The notes under the pieces are model-generated. The model saw only the letters and a program-made list of their open reading frames with translations. It searched no databases and was not told the DNA's origin. From the NCBI GenBank assembly GCA_048270185.1, contig JBLWTJ010000002.1, positions 288,001 through 352,000 of the forward strand: a DNA stretch of 64,000 nucleotides. Reading direction: 5' to 3'. The position numbers and the translations under genes are program-made. Positions 1-8,808 of this stretch are shown here, piece after piece (the stretch's first letter is position 1; every line of letters begins with the position of its first letter). The DNA comes from Bacteriovoracaceae bacterium. Its GTDB lineage: Bacteria; Bdellovibrionota; Bacteriovoracia; Bacteriovoracales; Bacteriovoracaceae.

Positions 1-379
1 TTACTTCGTAACCCTTCTCCGAAAGACAGCGATTAACAAAGCGATGCTTGATTTGATCTTCACTTAAACCAGCTGAAGCAGCTCCACTTGCACCACCAAT
101 TGCAGCACCTTGAGCAGCTCCCCTAGCAGCATTTCCACCAAAGACAGCACTTGCAACAGCACCAACAATGGCACCCCAGGCTGCGCCCTTTCCACCTTCT
201 TTTAACATCTGCTTTCCACGATCACTTTCTAAGAATTCGTCAGCTCGGGCCATACAAAGATCAATATCTTTTTGGGCCTGCTCTTTTCCATGCCTTTGAT
301 AAGCGGCATTTGGATAAAGCTTTGGCTTCGACGCACATGAAGTAATAACAAGAAGTGAAATTAAAAGTAGTGAGCGCAT
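1..379 (-). CDS. glycine-zipper lipoprotein (3' end runs off the window)
   Basis: Manual translation from ATG at 379: MRSLLLISLLVITSC (lipobox) ... GKGAALGAIVGAVASAVFGGNAARGAAQGAAIGGASGAA (Gly zipper) ... FVNRCLSEKGYEV. GGAG SD upstream; not in the ORF track because it has no stop in the window. Confidence 0.8.
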   Translation of the reverse strand, partial: MRSLLLISLLVITSCASKPKLYPNAAYQRHGKEQAQKDIDLCMARADEFLESDRGKQMLKEGGKGAAWGAIVGAVASAVFGGNAARGAAQGAAIGGASGAASAGLSEDQIKHRFVNRCLSEKGYEV

Positions 380-388
380 ATTTTCTCC

Positions 389-417
389 AAAAAAAAAGCC
401 GCTTAAAAGCGGCTTTT
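389..417 (-). terminator. intrinsic terminator after cytochrome c gene
   Basis: aaaagccgc-ttaaaa-gcggctttt hairpin, with a U-tract on the minus strand. Confidence 0.75.
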
Positions 418-436
418 ATATTAACTTAAATTTCTT

Positions 437-937
437 TTAGTTTTGAACTCCACCCCATGGAATTTTTGAAAGATAAGCAGCTAAATCTGCAATATCTTCT
501 GGGCTTAGTTTTTTTACAATCGTTAACATCTGTTGGTTAACTCGAACACCTGCTTTCATATCAGTAAGTTGTTTCTCAATGTACCAGTCCATTTGTCCAC
601 CAATACGTGGAGCTTTATTAGCTGCTTTACCAGAAGCATCTTTACCGTGACATGCAATACATTGCTTATATAGCTTATCTGCTCTTACTAATTGTGGAGT
701 ATCTAGAGGGATAATTGTTTTTTCTTCAATAACTTCATCAGTCATTACTGGTGGAGCTGTTACTTCAGCGTGCTTTTTAGCAAGTTCTGCTACTTCTTTA
801 AGATGAGCAACGTGTGCCGCTTCCGCTTTTTTAAGATCAAATTTAGCATTGTTGACTTCAACGCTCTGATAACCAGATAAGTTCATAACAAGAACTAGCC
901 CTACTAGAGTTAGGGAAAAAAGAACTAAACGATACAT
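437..937 (-). CDS. membrane-anchored monoheme c-type cytochrome (c553/c4-like)
   Basis: N-terminal TM helix, CIACH heme motif, APRIGGQ...YIEKQL, distal Met, DIADLAAY; ATG 937 follows GGAG. Confidence 0.9.
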   Translation of the reverse strand: MYRLVLFSLTLVGLVLVMNLSGYQSVEVNNAKFDLKKAEAAHVAHLKEVAELAKKHAEVTAPPVMTDEVIEEKTIIPLDTPQLVRADKLYKQCIACHGKDASGKAANKAPRIGGQMDWYIEKQLTDMKAGVRVNQQMLTIVKKLSPEDIADLAAYLSKIPWGGVQN

Positions 938-1116
938 CGTTTCTCCATTCAATAAATTAATCTATTTCTAATGGCTTAAGTATAATTCCCCCGACTCTTT
1001 TTGGCAATTCCAAATGAAAGAGAACATTCACATTAACGCGACACACATAATAGACGTCCTACATTATAGCGGTTATAATTCGGCCACAAAAACTTAAGTA
1101 AATTCAGGAGCTTTTA

Positions 1117-3525
1117 ATGCAGTACAACTTTGGTGAAATTGAACCAAAATGGCAGAAGTTTTGGGACGACAACAAAACTTTTAGAACAGACTCAACAGAC
1201 AAATCAAAACCTAAATACTATGTATTGGATATGTTCCCTTACCCATCAGGGGCGGGACTTCACGTTGGTCACGTTGAAGGTTATACAGCAACAGATATTC
1301 TTGCTCGTTTTAAGAGAATGAATGGTCACAATGTTCTTCACCCAATGGGTTGGGATTCATTTGGTCTTCCGGCAGAAAACTATGCCATTAAAACGGGAAC
1401 TCACCCGCGAGTAATTACAAAAGAAAATATTGGAAATTTCACAAGACAGCTTAAGGCCTGTGGATTTTCTTATGATTGGGATCGCGAGATCGCAACATCA
1501 AGTATTGACTACTACAAGTGGACTCAATGGATCTTCACTCAACTTTACAATAAAGGTTTAGCTTTTGAAGATGAAATCTCAGTTAACTGGTGCCCTGAAC
1601 TTAAAACGGTTCTAGCTAACGAAGAAGTTATTGACGGTAAATCTGAAGTTGGTGGCCACCCAGTAATTAGAAAGCCAATGAAGCAGTGGATGCTTAAGAT
1701 CACTGAATATGCAGACCGTCTTTTAGAAGACCTTGATGATCTTGATTGGCCAGAGTCACTAAAAGAGCTTCAAAGAAATTGGATTGGACGCTCAGAAGGT
1801 GCTCAAGTTTCTTTCAAAGTTCAAGGCGATAACTCACAAATAGATGTCTTCACAACTCGTCCAGATACTCTCTTTGGTGCAACATATATGGTTCTTGCTC
1901 CTGAACATGACCTTGTTGCAAAGATTACAACAGATGAGAAGAAGGCTGATGTTGAAGCTTATATCAAAGAAGCATCTCTTAAGTCTGATCTCGATCGAAC
2001 TGATCTTAACAAGAATAAGTCAGGTGTTTTCACTGGCGCTTACGCTGTTAATCCACTTAATGGAAAAGAAATTCCAATTTGGATTGCAGACTATGTACTA
2101 ATCTCGTACGGAACTGGTGCGATCATGGCCGTTCCTGCTCACGATGAAAGAGACTGGGAATTTGCTAAGAAGTATGACCTAGAAATCATTCCTGTTCTTG
2201 AAGGTGGCGATGTTAATGAAGCTGCTTTCACTGGAGACGGAACACATATTAATTCAGGCTTCCTTGATGGACTTAATAAAGCTGACGGGATTGCAAAAGC
2301 AATCGCGTACCTTGAAGAAAATCAAATCGGTAAGAAAGAAATTAACTACAAGCTTCGCGACTGGTTATTCTCTCGCCAAAGATACTGGGGTGAACCATTC
2401 CCAATTCTTAAATTTGAAGACGGAACAGTAAGATGTCTTGATGAAGATGAACTTCCAGTTGGTCTTCCTGAAGTAGAAAAGTATGAACCATCAGGAACTG
2501 GTGAGTCTCCACTTGCTCGTATTGATGACTGGTTATACCTAACTGACCCAAAGACAGGTAAGAAAGCAAGAAGAGAAACAAATACAATGCCTCAGTGGGC
2601 AGGTTCTTGTTGGTACTACCTACGTTTTATCGATCCACAAAACTCTGAAGTAGCGTGGGATAAGCAATTAGAAGAATACTGGATGCCAGTTGACTTATAT
2701 GTTGGTGGTGTTGAGCACGCTGTTCTTCACCTACTCTACGCTCGCTTCTGGCACAAGGTTCTATTTGATCTAGGACTTGTTTCAACAAAAGAGCCATTCC
2801 AAAAGCTTTTCAACCAAGGTCTTATCCTCGATGAGAATGGTGAGAAGATGAGTAAGTCTAAAGGTAATACTGTAAACCCAGATGATATCATTAAGGAATA
2901 CGGTGCTGATGCTTTAAGACTTTATGAAATGTTCATGGGTCCACTTGAAAAAGTTAAGCCATGGCAAACAAAAGGTGTGAAAGGAGTTTTCAACTTCCTA
3001 AGAAAGTCATTCACATTCTACGGTGATCCTGCAAATACATATGAAGGCGCAGAGACTAATCAAGACGTTCTTAAACACCTACACAAGACAATTAAGAAAG
3101 TTACAGAGGATGTTGAGAACTTACGTTTTAACACAGCAATCTCGGCAATGATGGTAATGAATAACGAAGTCATTAAGCTTGGAAAAGTATCTGTAGAGAC
3201 AGCTAAGGCCTTTACAAGACTTCTTTCTCCATTTGCTCCACACGCTGCTGAAGAGATGTGGGCAAACCTTGGAGAGACTTCGTCTTGTTCACTTGCGGCT
3301 TGGCCTGCCTTTGATGCTGAACTTGCTAAAGATGACCTCATCACAATGGCCATCCAAGTAAATGGTAAGACAAGATCAACAATTGATGTACCAGCAGATA
3401 TTTCAAAAGAAGACTTCCTAGCTCAAGCGAAAGCTGACGAAAAAGTTGCGAAATTCTTAACGGGAACAATTGTCAAAGAGATCTACGTACCAGGTCGAAT
3501 TTGTAATATCGTTGTAAAACCTTAA
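1117..3525 (+). CDS. leuS: leucyl-tRNA synthetase
   Basis: [19 protein letters not shown] and CP1 editing motifs TTRPDT and [13 protein letters not shown]. Confidence 0.99.
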   Translation: MQYNFGEIEPKWQKFWDDNKTFRTDSTDKSKPKYYVLDMFPYPSGAGLHVGHVEGYTATDILARFKRMNGHNVLHPMGWDSFGLPAENYAIKTGTHPRVITKENIGNFTRQLKACGFSYDWDREIATSSIDYYKWTQWIFTQLYNKGLAFEDEISVNWCPELKTVLANEEVIDGKSEVGGHPVIRKPMKQWMLKITEYADRLLEDLDDLDWPESLKELQRNWIGRSEGAQVSFKVQGDNSQIDVFTTRPDTLFGATYMVLAPEHDLVAKITTDEKKADVEAYIKEASLKSDLDRTDLNKNKSGVFTGAYAVNPLNGKEIPIWIADYVLISYGTGAIMAVPAHDERDWEFAKKYDLEIIPVLEGGDVNEAAFTGDGTHINSGFLDGLNKADGIAKAIAYLEENQIGKKEINYKLRDWLFSRQRYWGEPFPILKFEDGTVRCLDEDELPVGLPEVEKYEPSGTGESPLARIDDWLYLTDPKTGKKARRETNTMPQWAGSCWYYLRFIDPQNSEVAWDKQLEEYWMPVDLYVGGVEHAVLHLLYARFWHKVLFDLGLVSTKEPFQKLFNQGLILDENGEKMSKSKGNTVNPDDIIKEYGADALRLYEMFMGPLEKVKPWQTKGVKGVFNFLRKSFTFYGDPANTYEGAETNQDVLKHLHKTIKKVTEDVENLRFNTAISAMMVMNNEVIKLGKVSVETAKAFTRLLSPFAPHAAEEMWANLGETSSCSLAAWPAFDAELAKDDLITMAIQVNGKTRSTIDVPADISKEDFLAQAKADEKVAKFLTGTIVKEIYVPGRICNIVVKP

Positions 3526-3558
3526 TTAGCACTCACCCTAAGAGCAAACTGGTTTAAA

Positions 3559-3676
3559 GCCTTCAAAGTTTGCTCTAGTTTTGGGTGAAGAGCTGATGAA
3601 TGAGAGAGGCATATTAATTATATGCCGATCGAAATGAAGAAGAACTGAGCCCGAAGATAGAGTAAAATCTGAAGGC
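3559..3676. repeat. long imperfect palindromic intergenic element between leuS and metG
   Basis: Stems gccttca/tgaaggc, tgctcta/tagagta and ttttggg/cccgaag, with apical ggcatat-taatt-atatgcc and a purine-rich internal loop. Confidence 0.65.
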
Positions 3677-3690
3677 CTGGAGAAAATAAA

Positions 3691-5175
3691 ATGAAAAATA
3701 CATTCTATTGCACTACTGCTATTGATTATCCAAACGGTCGCCCTCACATCGGTCACGCCTATGAGAAGATCGTAACGGACTCTTATGCCCGTTGGAATAA
3801 GCTTCTTGGAAAGGAAGTTCACTTTCTAACTGGAACAGATGAGAATGGACAAAAGCTAATTGAATCAGCAAAGGCCGCTGGACTTGAAACACTTGAGTTC
3901 GTAAACGCTAATGTTGAAGTTTTTAAAGAGCTTTGTGCCAAAGCAAATATTAATTATGATGACTTCATTAGAACAACTGAAGATCGCCACGCTGAGACTT
4001 GTGTTGAGCTTTGGAAGAATCTTGAAGCAAAAGGTTTAGTTTACCACGGTCACTACTCTGGAAATTACTGTCTATCATGTGAATCTTTCTACACAGAAGC
4101 ACAAGCACCAGATGGAAATTGCCCAGAACACCACAAGCCACTTGAACTTAAGGAAGAAGAAGGTTTCTTCTTTAAGTTAAGCCAATACCAAAGCTGGATT
4201 ATTGATCACCTAAAAGCGAATCCAGACTTTATCGTGCCAGGTGCGCGCTACAAAGAAATTCTTTCTCGCCTTGAAGGTGACGATCTAAGAGATCTTGCGA
4301 TCTCTCGTCCAAGCCAAGGTTGGGGTGTGCCTGTTCCAGGTAATGAGAACTTTGTTATGTACACATGGTTTGATGCTCTTATCAATTACTACTCTGCACT
4401 TGATAAAGATCAAGCAGCAAAATTTTGGCCTGCTGATATGCACGTTATTGGTAAAGACATCCTTTGGTTCCACTCAGTGATCTGGCCATGTATGCTAAAG
4501 GCCGCAGATCTTCCACTACCAAAACAAGTTTATGTTCACGGAATGGTTCTTGCTGAAGACGGAAAGAAAATGAGTAAGTCTCTTGGAAATGTTGTTGATC
4601 CATTTGAGATGCTTGAAAAATACCCAACGGATACTTTCCGTTACTATATGCTTAAGAATATTTCTTCTTCAGGAGATGGGAAATTCTCTGAGCAAGAATT
4701 AGTTGATAAGCACAACACTGAACTTGCTAATGACTATGGAAACCTTTTAATGAGAGTTATTAAGCTTGGTCTTAAGAGTTTCCCAGATAAGGTCTATTCA
4801 GCAGAAGGTGTAACTCAGGAGATTGATGCTCTTCCATATTTTGAACGCGCTAAAGAGTTCATGGAAAAGCGTGAGCACAATAAAGCAATTGATGCCATCT
4901 GGGATCTTATCGTTAGCCTTAATCAATATGTTAACGACAAAGAACCATGGAAGCACAAAGCAGACGAAGCGGCCTTCGCGCCAATCGCTTACAACTGCTT
5001 CTACGGAATGGCCGCAGCTTCTTATATGCTTCAGGCCTTCCTTCCTGAGTGTACAAAGACAGCTCTTGAATACATCGGTTCAAGTGTTGCTGGAACTGAG
5101 CTGATGGAATTTGGTAAGGCGACTTATACGCCTCAACCACCGGAAGCGCTGTTTCCTAAGGTGGAGCTTAAATAA
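3691..5175 (+). CDS. metG: methionyl-tRNA synthetase (short form without C-terminal OB domain)
   Basis: YPNGRPHIGH, TGTDENG, Zn knuckle CLSCE..CPEH, KMSKS. Confidence 0.98.
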   Translation: MKNTFYCTTAIDYPNGRPHIGHAYEKIVTDSYARWNKLLGKEVHFLTGTDENGQKLIESAKAAGLETLEFVNANVEVFKELCAKANINYDDFIRTTEDRHAETCVELWKNLEAKGLVYHGHYSGNYCLSCESFYTEAQAPDGNCPEHHKPLELKEEEGFFFKLSQYQSWIIDHLKANPDFIVPGARYKEILSRLEGDDLRDLAISRPSQGWGVPVPGNENFVMYTWFDALINYYSALDKDQAAKFWPADMHVIGKDILWFHSVIWPCMLKAADLPLPKQVYVHGMVLAEDGKKMSKSLGNVVDPFEMLEKYPTDTFRYYMLKNISSSGDGKFSEQELVDKHNTELANDYGNLLMRVIKLGLKSFPDKVYSAEGVTQEIDALPYFERAKEFMEKREHNKAIDAIWDLIVSLNQYVNDKEPWKHKADEAAFAPIAYNCFYGMAAASYMLQAFLPECTKTALEYIGSSVAGTELMEFGKATYTPQPPEALFPKVELK

Positions 5176-5178
5176 CTT

Positions 5179-5289
5179 CGGCATCTTAGCCAAGCTAAGA
5201 TTTGACGCTGTTATAGCTCCCCCACGCTTTAGCTAAAAAACAATTTCAACAAACCTGCGTTTATACAGGCTTTGTTGTCTCTGGAGCAA
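5179..5289 (+). repeat. dispersed two-hairpin REP-like element, copy 1 (homologous to 59901-60015 minus strand)
   Basis: Shares GACGCT..TAGCTCCCC, TTCAACAA..CTTTGTTG and CTCTGGAGCAA blocks with the copy at 59901-60015; stems differ in sequence but still pair. Confidence 0.75.
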
Positions 5290-5326
5290 TGGGAAAGTTG
5301 AAGTAAAGGACGAAAAAAGAATCTAC

Positions 5327-5358
5327 AAATAAAAAAGCCTCCATTACGGAGGCTTTTT
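5327..5358. terminator. bidirectional intrinsic terminator (metG / TA cassette); left copy of a 27-bp direct repeat
   Basis: aaaaaagcctcc-atta-cggaggcttttt. Confidence 0.8.
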
Positions 5359-5393
5359 ACTTATATAAACAATTAGAGCCTAAATAAACTTTT

Positions 5394-5717
5394 TTACTCT
5401 TCACCTGCTTTTCTAAGAACTTCTTTTAATGTTTCTTCCGTTATCCTATCTTCGCAAAGTAAGCCTAACTCAAAGACCGTAAGGGCTGCAATAATTCCAA
5501 CGACAACCCCTTCATTAAACAACTTTTCATTCTCATCATTTTGAAAGTCATAATCATCTTTTAAAATCTTATCTTTTATATTTCTAGCTAAGTTCTGAGA
5601 TATTGTCATGACCGAACTTTTCGACTTATGAAATAATGGATTTTTTTCAAAATCACATTTATTATCCCCTTTAGATGATGCTTTTTTATCTTTTAATTCT
5701 TCATTTTTTGAATTCAT
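5394..5717 (-). CDS. hypothetical protein, third gene of the TA-like operon
   Basis: 107-aa ORF coupled to the antitoxin by a TAATG stop/start overlap; no recognisable family. Confidence 0.65.
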   Translation of the reverse strand: MNSKNEELKDKKASSKGDNKCDFEKNPLFHKSKSSVMTISQNLARNIKDKILKDDYDFQNDENEKLFNEGVVVGIIAALTVFELGLLCEDRITEETLKEVLRKAGEE

Positions 5718-6388
5718 TATATGCTCTTCCCTTCTTTCATTTTAAGAAGATCTTCAATTCCTGCAACAGTCATTTCCTTATAGCCAATTCTTTTTTTCAT
5801 AACACTCCCCATAGGAGTAGATTCATATAACCCCTGATAGTAAATGCGCTTTCTCTCCTCTTTCTCTGCTTTGAGTCTGTAATACGTAATCAAGTTAGAC
5901 TCTGCAGCTGTAACAACATCGTTTCTTTTTTGCCAAGCAATTAATCTTTCCACAGCTTTTTTATTACTTACTTTATGTCCAAATTTTTTTAACAATGACT
6001 CTAAACCAGATGAAGACATCGATGATTCCATAACAAAGTTATGAACATCACTTTGTATTTCCCCTCTTTCATATCGAGTAATAGTAATCTCACCAAAACC
6101 ACATAATAATGAATAATCTTTCTGTGATAAGCCAAACTGCTCTCTAAAAGATTTTATTTTTGACACTGTTAAAAGACCGTTAACTTCTCGATACTTTTCC
6201 CGAGCTAAAAAAGTCGGCTCCTTATCAGAGTCTAAGGATTCAAACTCTTCACCACAATCTTGACAAGTATAAAGCGGGTGTTCAACTTCAACCTCTTGCT
6301 TCTGAACTATAACAATAGACTTCTCATTCTCTACACTACAACTTGTTTCCTCTGCACAAAATGGACAATGTATTTTTATAATATTCAT
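5717..6388 (-). CDS. MqsA-like antitoxin (Zn-ribbon + XRE HTH, C-terminal extension)
   Basis: CPFC...CQDCGE Zn ribbon, then IKSFREQFGLSQKDYSLLCGFGEITITRYERG HTH; lies downstream of the toxin. Confidence 0.85.
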   Translation of the reverse strand: MNIIKIHCPFCAEETSCSVENEKSIVIVQKQEVEVEHPLYTCQDCGEEFESLDSDKEPTFLAREKYREVNGLLTVSKIKSFREQFGLSQKDYSLLCGFGEITITRYERGEIQSDVHNFVMESSMSSSGLESLLKKFGHKVSNKKAVERLIAWQKRNDVVTAAESNLITYYRLKAEKEERKRIYYQGLYESTPMGSVMKKRIGYKEMTVAGIEDLLKMKEGKSI

Positions 6389-6395
6389 TTGCGCC

Positions 6396-6890
6396 TCACT
6401 TTTTTCTATTATTCTTTATCTGCTTTGCTTTTTTCTTTGCTTTTTTCTTTGCTTTTTTCTTTGCTTTTTTCTTTGCTTTTTTTGATTTGCTTTTTTGTTC
6501 CAGCTCTCTTTCCTTAAATGGATAGGTTATTTTATACTCAGCTTCATGAAAACTTAAACATAATGAAACTTTTTTACTTTTAGGGTTCATCCATAACTGA
6601 ATTTTCACATATGTTTGCTTATTACACACATTTTCAAGTCCAAATTCAAAATATTCTCCCTTATAACTAGGATCATCATTTTTAATTGGTCCCTTGTAAT
6701 AGTCCATGTAGTCAAGTTCTTTTAAGTATTCTATCGCCCCCAACTTATCGACATTAACTGAATCTAGTTTTTTATGTGCATCTCTTCTAGGCTTAAACAC
6801 AACATTGCCATTGTTAGTTGCTATGCACGCTTTAAAGTCCGTTAGAAAGGTTTTTACTTGTTTCTCACTCGCTATTTTCCTATTAGCCAA
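6396..6890 (-). CDS. MqsR-family (RelE-fold) mRNA interferase-like toxin with Lys-rich C-terminal tail
   Basis: DYYKGP..DD...GEYFEFG...YVKIQL...LCLSFH pattern typical of MqsR-like toxins; toxin-before-antitoxin order; TTG start after AAGGA. Confidence 0.75.
   Translation of the reverse strand: MANRKIASEKQVKTFLTDFKACIATNNGNVVFKPRRDAHKKLDSVNVDKLGAIEYLKELDYMDYYKGPIKNDDPSYKGEYFEFGLENVCNKQTYVKIQLWMNPKSKKVSLCLSFHEAEYKITYPFKERELEQKSKSKKAKKKAKKKAKKKAKKKAKQIKNNRKK
6424..6483. repeat. 12-bp tandem repeat (tttgcttttttc) x ~5 encoding KKAK units
   Basis: Four perfect copies and one near-perfect copy read directly. Confidence 0.9.
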
Positions 6891-6948
6891 TTCAACTTTC
6901 CTTCACTACCATCTTATCGTAACAATAAGCTAAAACATTAGCCAATGC

Positions 6949-6964
6949 ACTATCATATGATAGT
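6949..6964. promoter_or_regulatory. perfect 16-bp palindrome, probable antitoxin operator
   Basis: actatcat|atgatagt just upstream of a possible promoter on the minus strand (TTGGCT-N18-TACGAT); degenerate copy ctatcaaatgataa at 7012-7025. Confidence 0.6.
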
Positions 6965-7199
6965 ATATATAAAAAATATACGCAAAACATGGTAATTCTA
7001 GCCTATTTCCGCTATCAAATGATAACAAATCGACATAATTTCAAGTCGCGCATCGTAACTTCAGCGAGTTACAAAGGCAAAGCCCTGCAACTATCAAACC
7101 AGCCACGTCTCCGACGAAACTTTATCGACATTTCTAAGATAATTAATGAACAAAATCAGGAAGTTAAGATTATATGAAGTTAGCTTGAATAAGCTATTG

Positions 7200-7226
7200 A
7201 AATAAAAAAGCCTCCAAATCGGAGGC
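7200..7226 (-). terminator. intrinsic terminator of the EEP nuclease gene; right copy of the 27-bp direct repeat
   Basis: aaataaaaaagcctcca-aat-cggaggc. Confidence 0.75.
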
Positions 7227-7236
7227 CTATATGAAA

Positions 7237-8808
7237 TTAATCGTTATCGTATTGATTTGAACAATTCATGTAGATTGGAAGGTGATCACTGATGATCTCT
7301 TTTAGATAGCTGTAGTAAGTCTTATCAAAAAGTTGTGTGTCGATGACACGGTCATAGAATTCTTTCTTGCTCTCTTCGATATCAAAGCGAGGAACTAGCT
7401 TTCCAGATTTAACTGTTAGCTTATTCTTGATTGAGTGAACGTAGTTATCAACAAGAACGTCGATCTTCTCTTTTCCACCAGACTTAAGGCGGTACATATC
7501 TGACTCACGAGTTGTTGAGTAGTACATAGCATTTGAGCGAACAAGGTATTTGCGTTCAATCTTCTTAGCGAAGTCACCTTCGATGAAGTTAAAGATCTTA
7601 GCAGCACCCTCACCTTGGCAATTTGAAGTCTCTTTTGGATCAAATAGAAAGTGATCGTAATTAGACTTAGTTCCGTGAGTAATTGTTCCATCAGAAAGAT
7701 TCTTTCCAACGGCCATTGAAGTTGCACCTTCAATTCTTAGCTCAAGCCCTTTGAAGTCATTAAAGAATGTCTCCCAGTAGTTATTTGAGCTCTCAAGATT
7801 GAAGTCACCTAGGATAATATAATCTTGTTCGTAATAGTTCTTCTTTAGGTATTCAACAAACTCGGCCATTAGTCTTACTTCAGCAAAGCGAGCAAATTTT
7901 AATTGCGTTACACCTGGACCGATATCTTTATAGTCATCGACACCAAAGACATTCTTTAGGATCTTCTTTTGAAGGTCTTCATCTGATGGTGTGTTATGGA
8001 TAACGTGAGTTGATAGAAGAGTGAAATCAAATTCACCTGATTCAAAAGTTGAAAGAAATGGCCTTCTTGAGAATAAGCCTTCAACATCACGGCCAAAAGT
8101 CTTCTCGTCGAGAACAGGAAGACAACCAAAGCGTCCTTCTTTTCCATAACGATCACGACAGTATTCAGTAGACTTAATTTTCACTGTACTACTTCTATAG
8201 TAGTAACCAGTTAATTCCTTAACAGTTGCATTCTCACTTCCCTCTTCTTTTCCAGAAAGAAGTAGTGACCAAGTTGGATCGAGTTTTTGTAATTCTTTTA
8301 AAAGAAGGATGTATCCAGGGAAATCGTATTGTTCACGAATTAGAGCAAGTTCATTACTTGTTGTCTTTTCATTCTCATCAATTTCTTGCGCTTGAAGTTC
8401 AGCAAGACGATTTGTGTAATACTCAACGATGGCGTCGTTGTGTCTCTTTGTCATTCCATTATTTGAAGTCAGCTCAACGGCAGCAATGACATCCCAATCG
8501 TTCATGATCTCGGCCACAAGGCGGTGATCTTTATATTCAGTTTGAGTTGCCCCCGGCTTAAATAAGTTAAAGGCCCCAATTCTTACTTGCTTTGATTTCT
8601 TCTTAACGGCTTCACGCTCGTAATTACCGACGTGCTTTGAAAAGATTTGATATTCATTTCGACATTCAATATCACCGACACTACCGGCCAGAAAAACCTT
8701 TAGGCGACGGCATGTTTCAATTTCAGATTCTGAAGCATCAATAGATGCAAAGACAAAATTAGGAATTAAAAAAGTAGTTAAAACTAATACCCTAAATAAG
8801 TTTCTCAT
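7237..8808 (-). CDS. secreted endonuclease/exonuclease/phosphatase (DNase I-like) family protein
   Basis: Signal peptide; RIGAFN, AAVE, ILGDFN, YDHF and ISDHLPI motifs; ATG 8808 follows GGAG. Confidence 0.88.
   Translation of the reverse strand: MRNLFRVLVLTTFLIPNFVFASIDASESEIETCRRLKVFLAGSVGDIECRNEYQIFSKHVGNYEREAVKKKSKQVRIGAFNLFKPGATQTEYKDHRLVAEIMNDWDVIAAVELTSNNGMTKRHNDAIVEYYTNRLAELQAQEIDENEKTTSNELALIREQYDFPGYILLLKELQKLDPTWSLLLSGKEEGSENATVKELTGYYYRSSTVKIKSTEYCRDRYGKEGRFGCLPVLDEKTFGRDVEGLFSRRPFLSTFESGEFDFTLLSTHVIHNTPSDEDLQKKILKNVFGVDDYKDIGPGVTQLKFARFAEVRLMAEFVEYLKKNYYEQDYIILGDFNLESSNNYWETFFNDFKGLELRIEGATSMAVGKNLSDGTITHGTKSNYDHFLFDPKETSNCQGEGAAKIFNFIEGDFAKKIERKYLVRSNAMYYSTTRESDMYRLKSGGKEKIDVLVDNYVHSIKNKLTVKSGKLVPRFDIEESKKEFYDRVIDTQLFDKTYYSYLKEIISDHLPIYMNCSNQYDND

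Noticed and set aside
3560..3645. Hammerhead ribozyme (CUGAUGA ... stem ... CGAAA)
   Set aside because: Extra AUGA between CUGAUGA and stem II, and no stem III/UH cleavage triplet in the right register
3526..3690. T-box or SAM riboswitch upstream of metG
   Set aside because: No T-box GGTGG.ACC motif or SAM-I core visible; the ORF 3538..3822(-) over it looks spurious
5394..5717. SecB-like chaperone of a canonical TAC system
   Set aside because: No SecB-like beta-strand pattern or motifs recognisable; left as unknown
6260..6517. ORF with LLFS repeats
   Set aside because: Antisense shadow of the toxin's 12-bp repeat
6989..7177. 62-aa ORF divergent from the TA operon
   Set aside because: No SD or recognisable motif; not supportable, though not excluded
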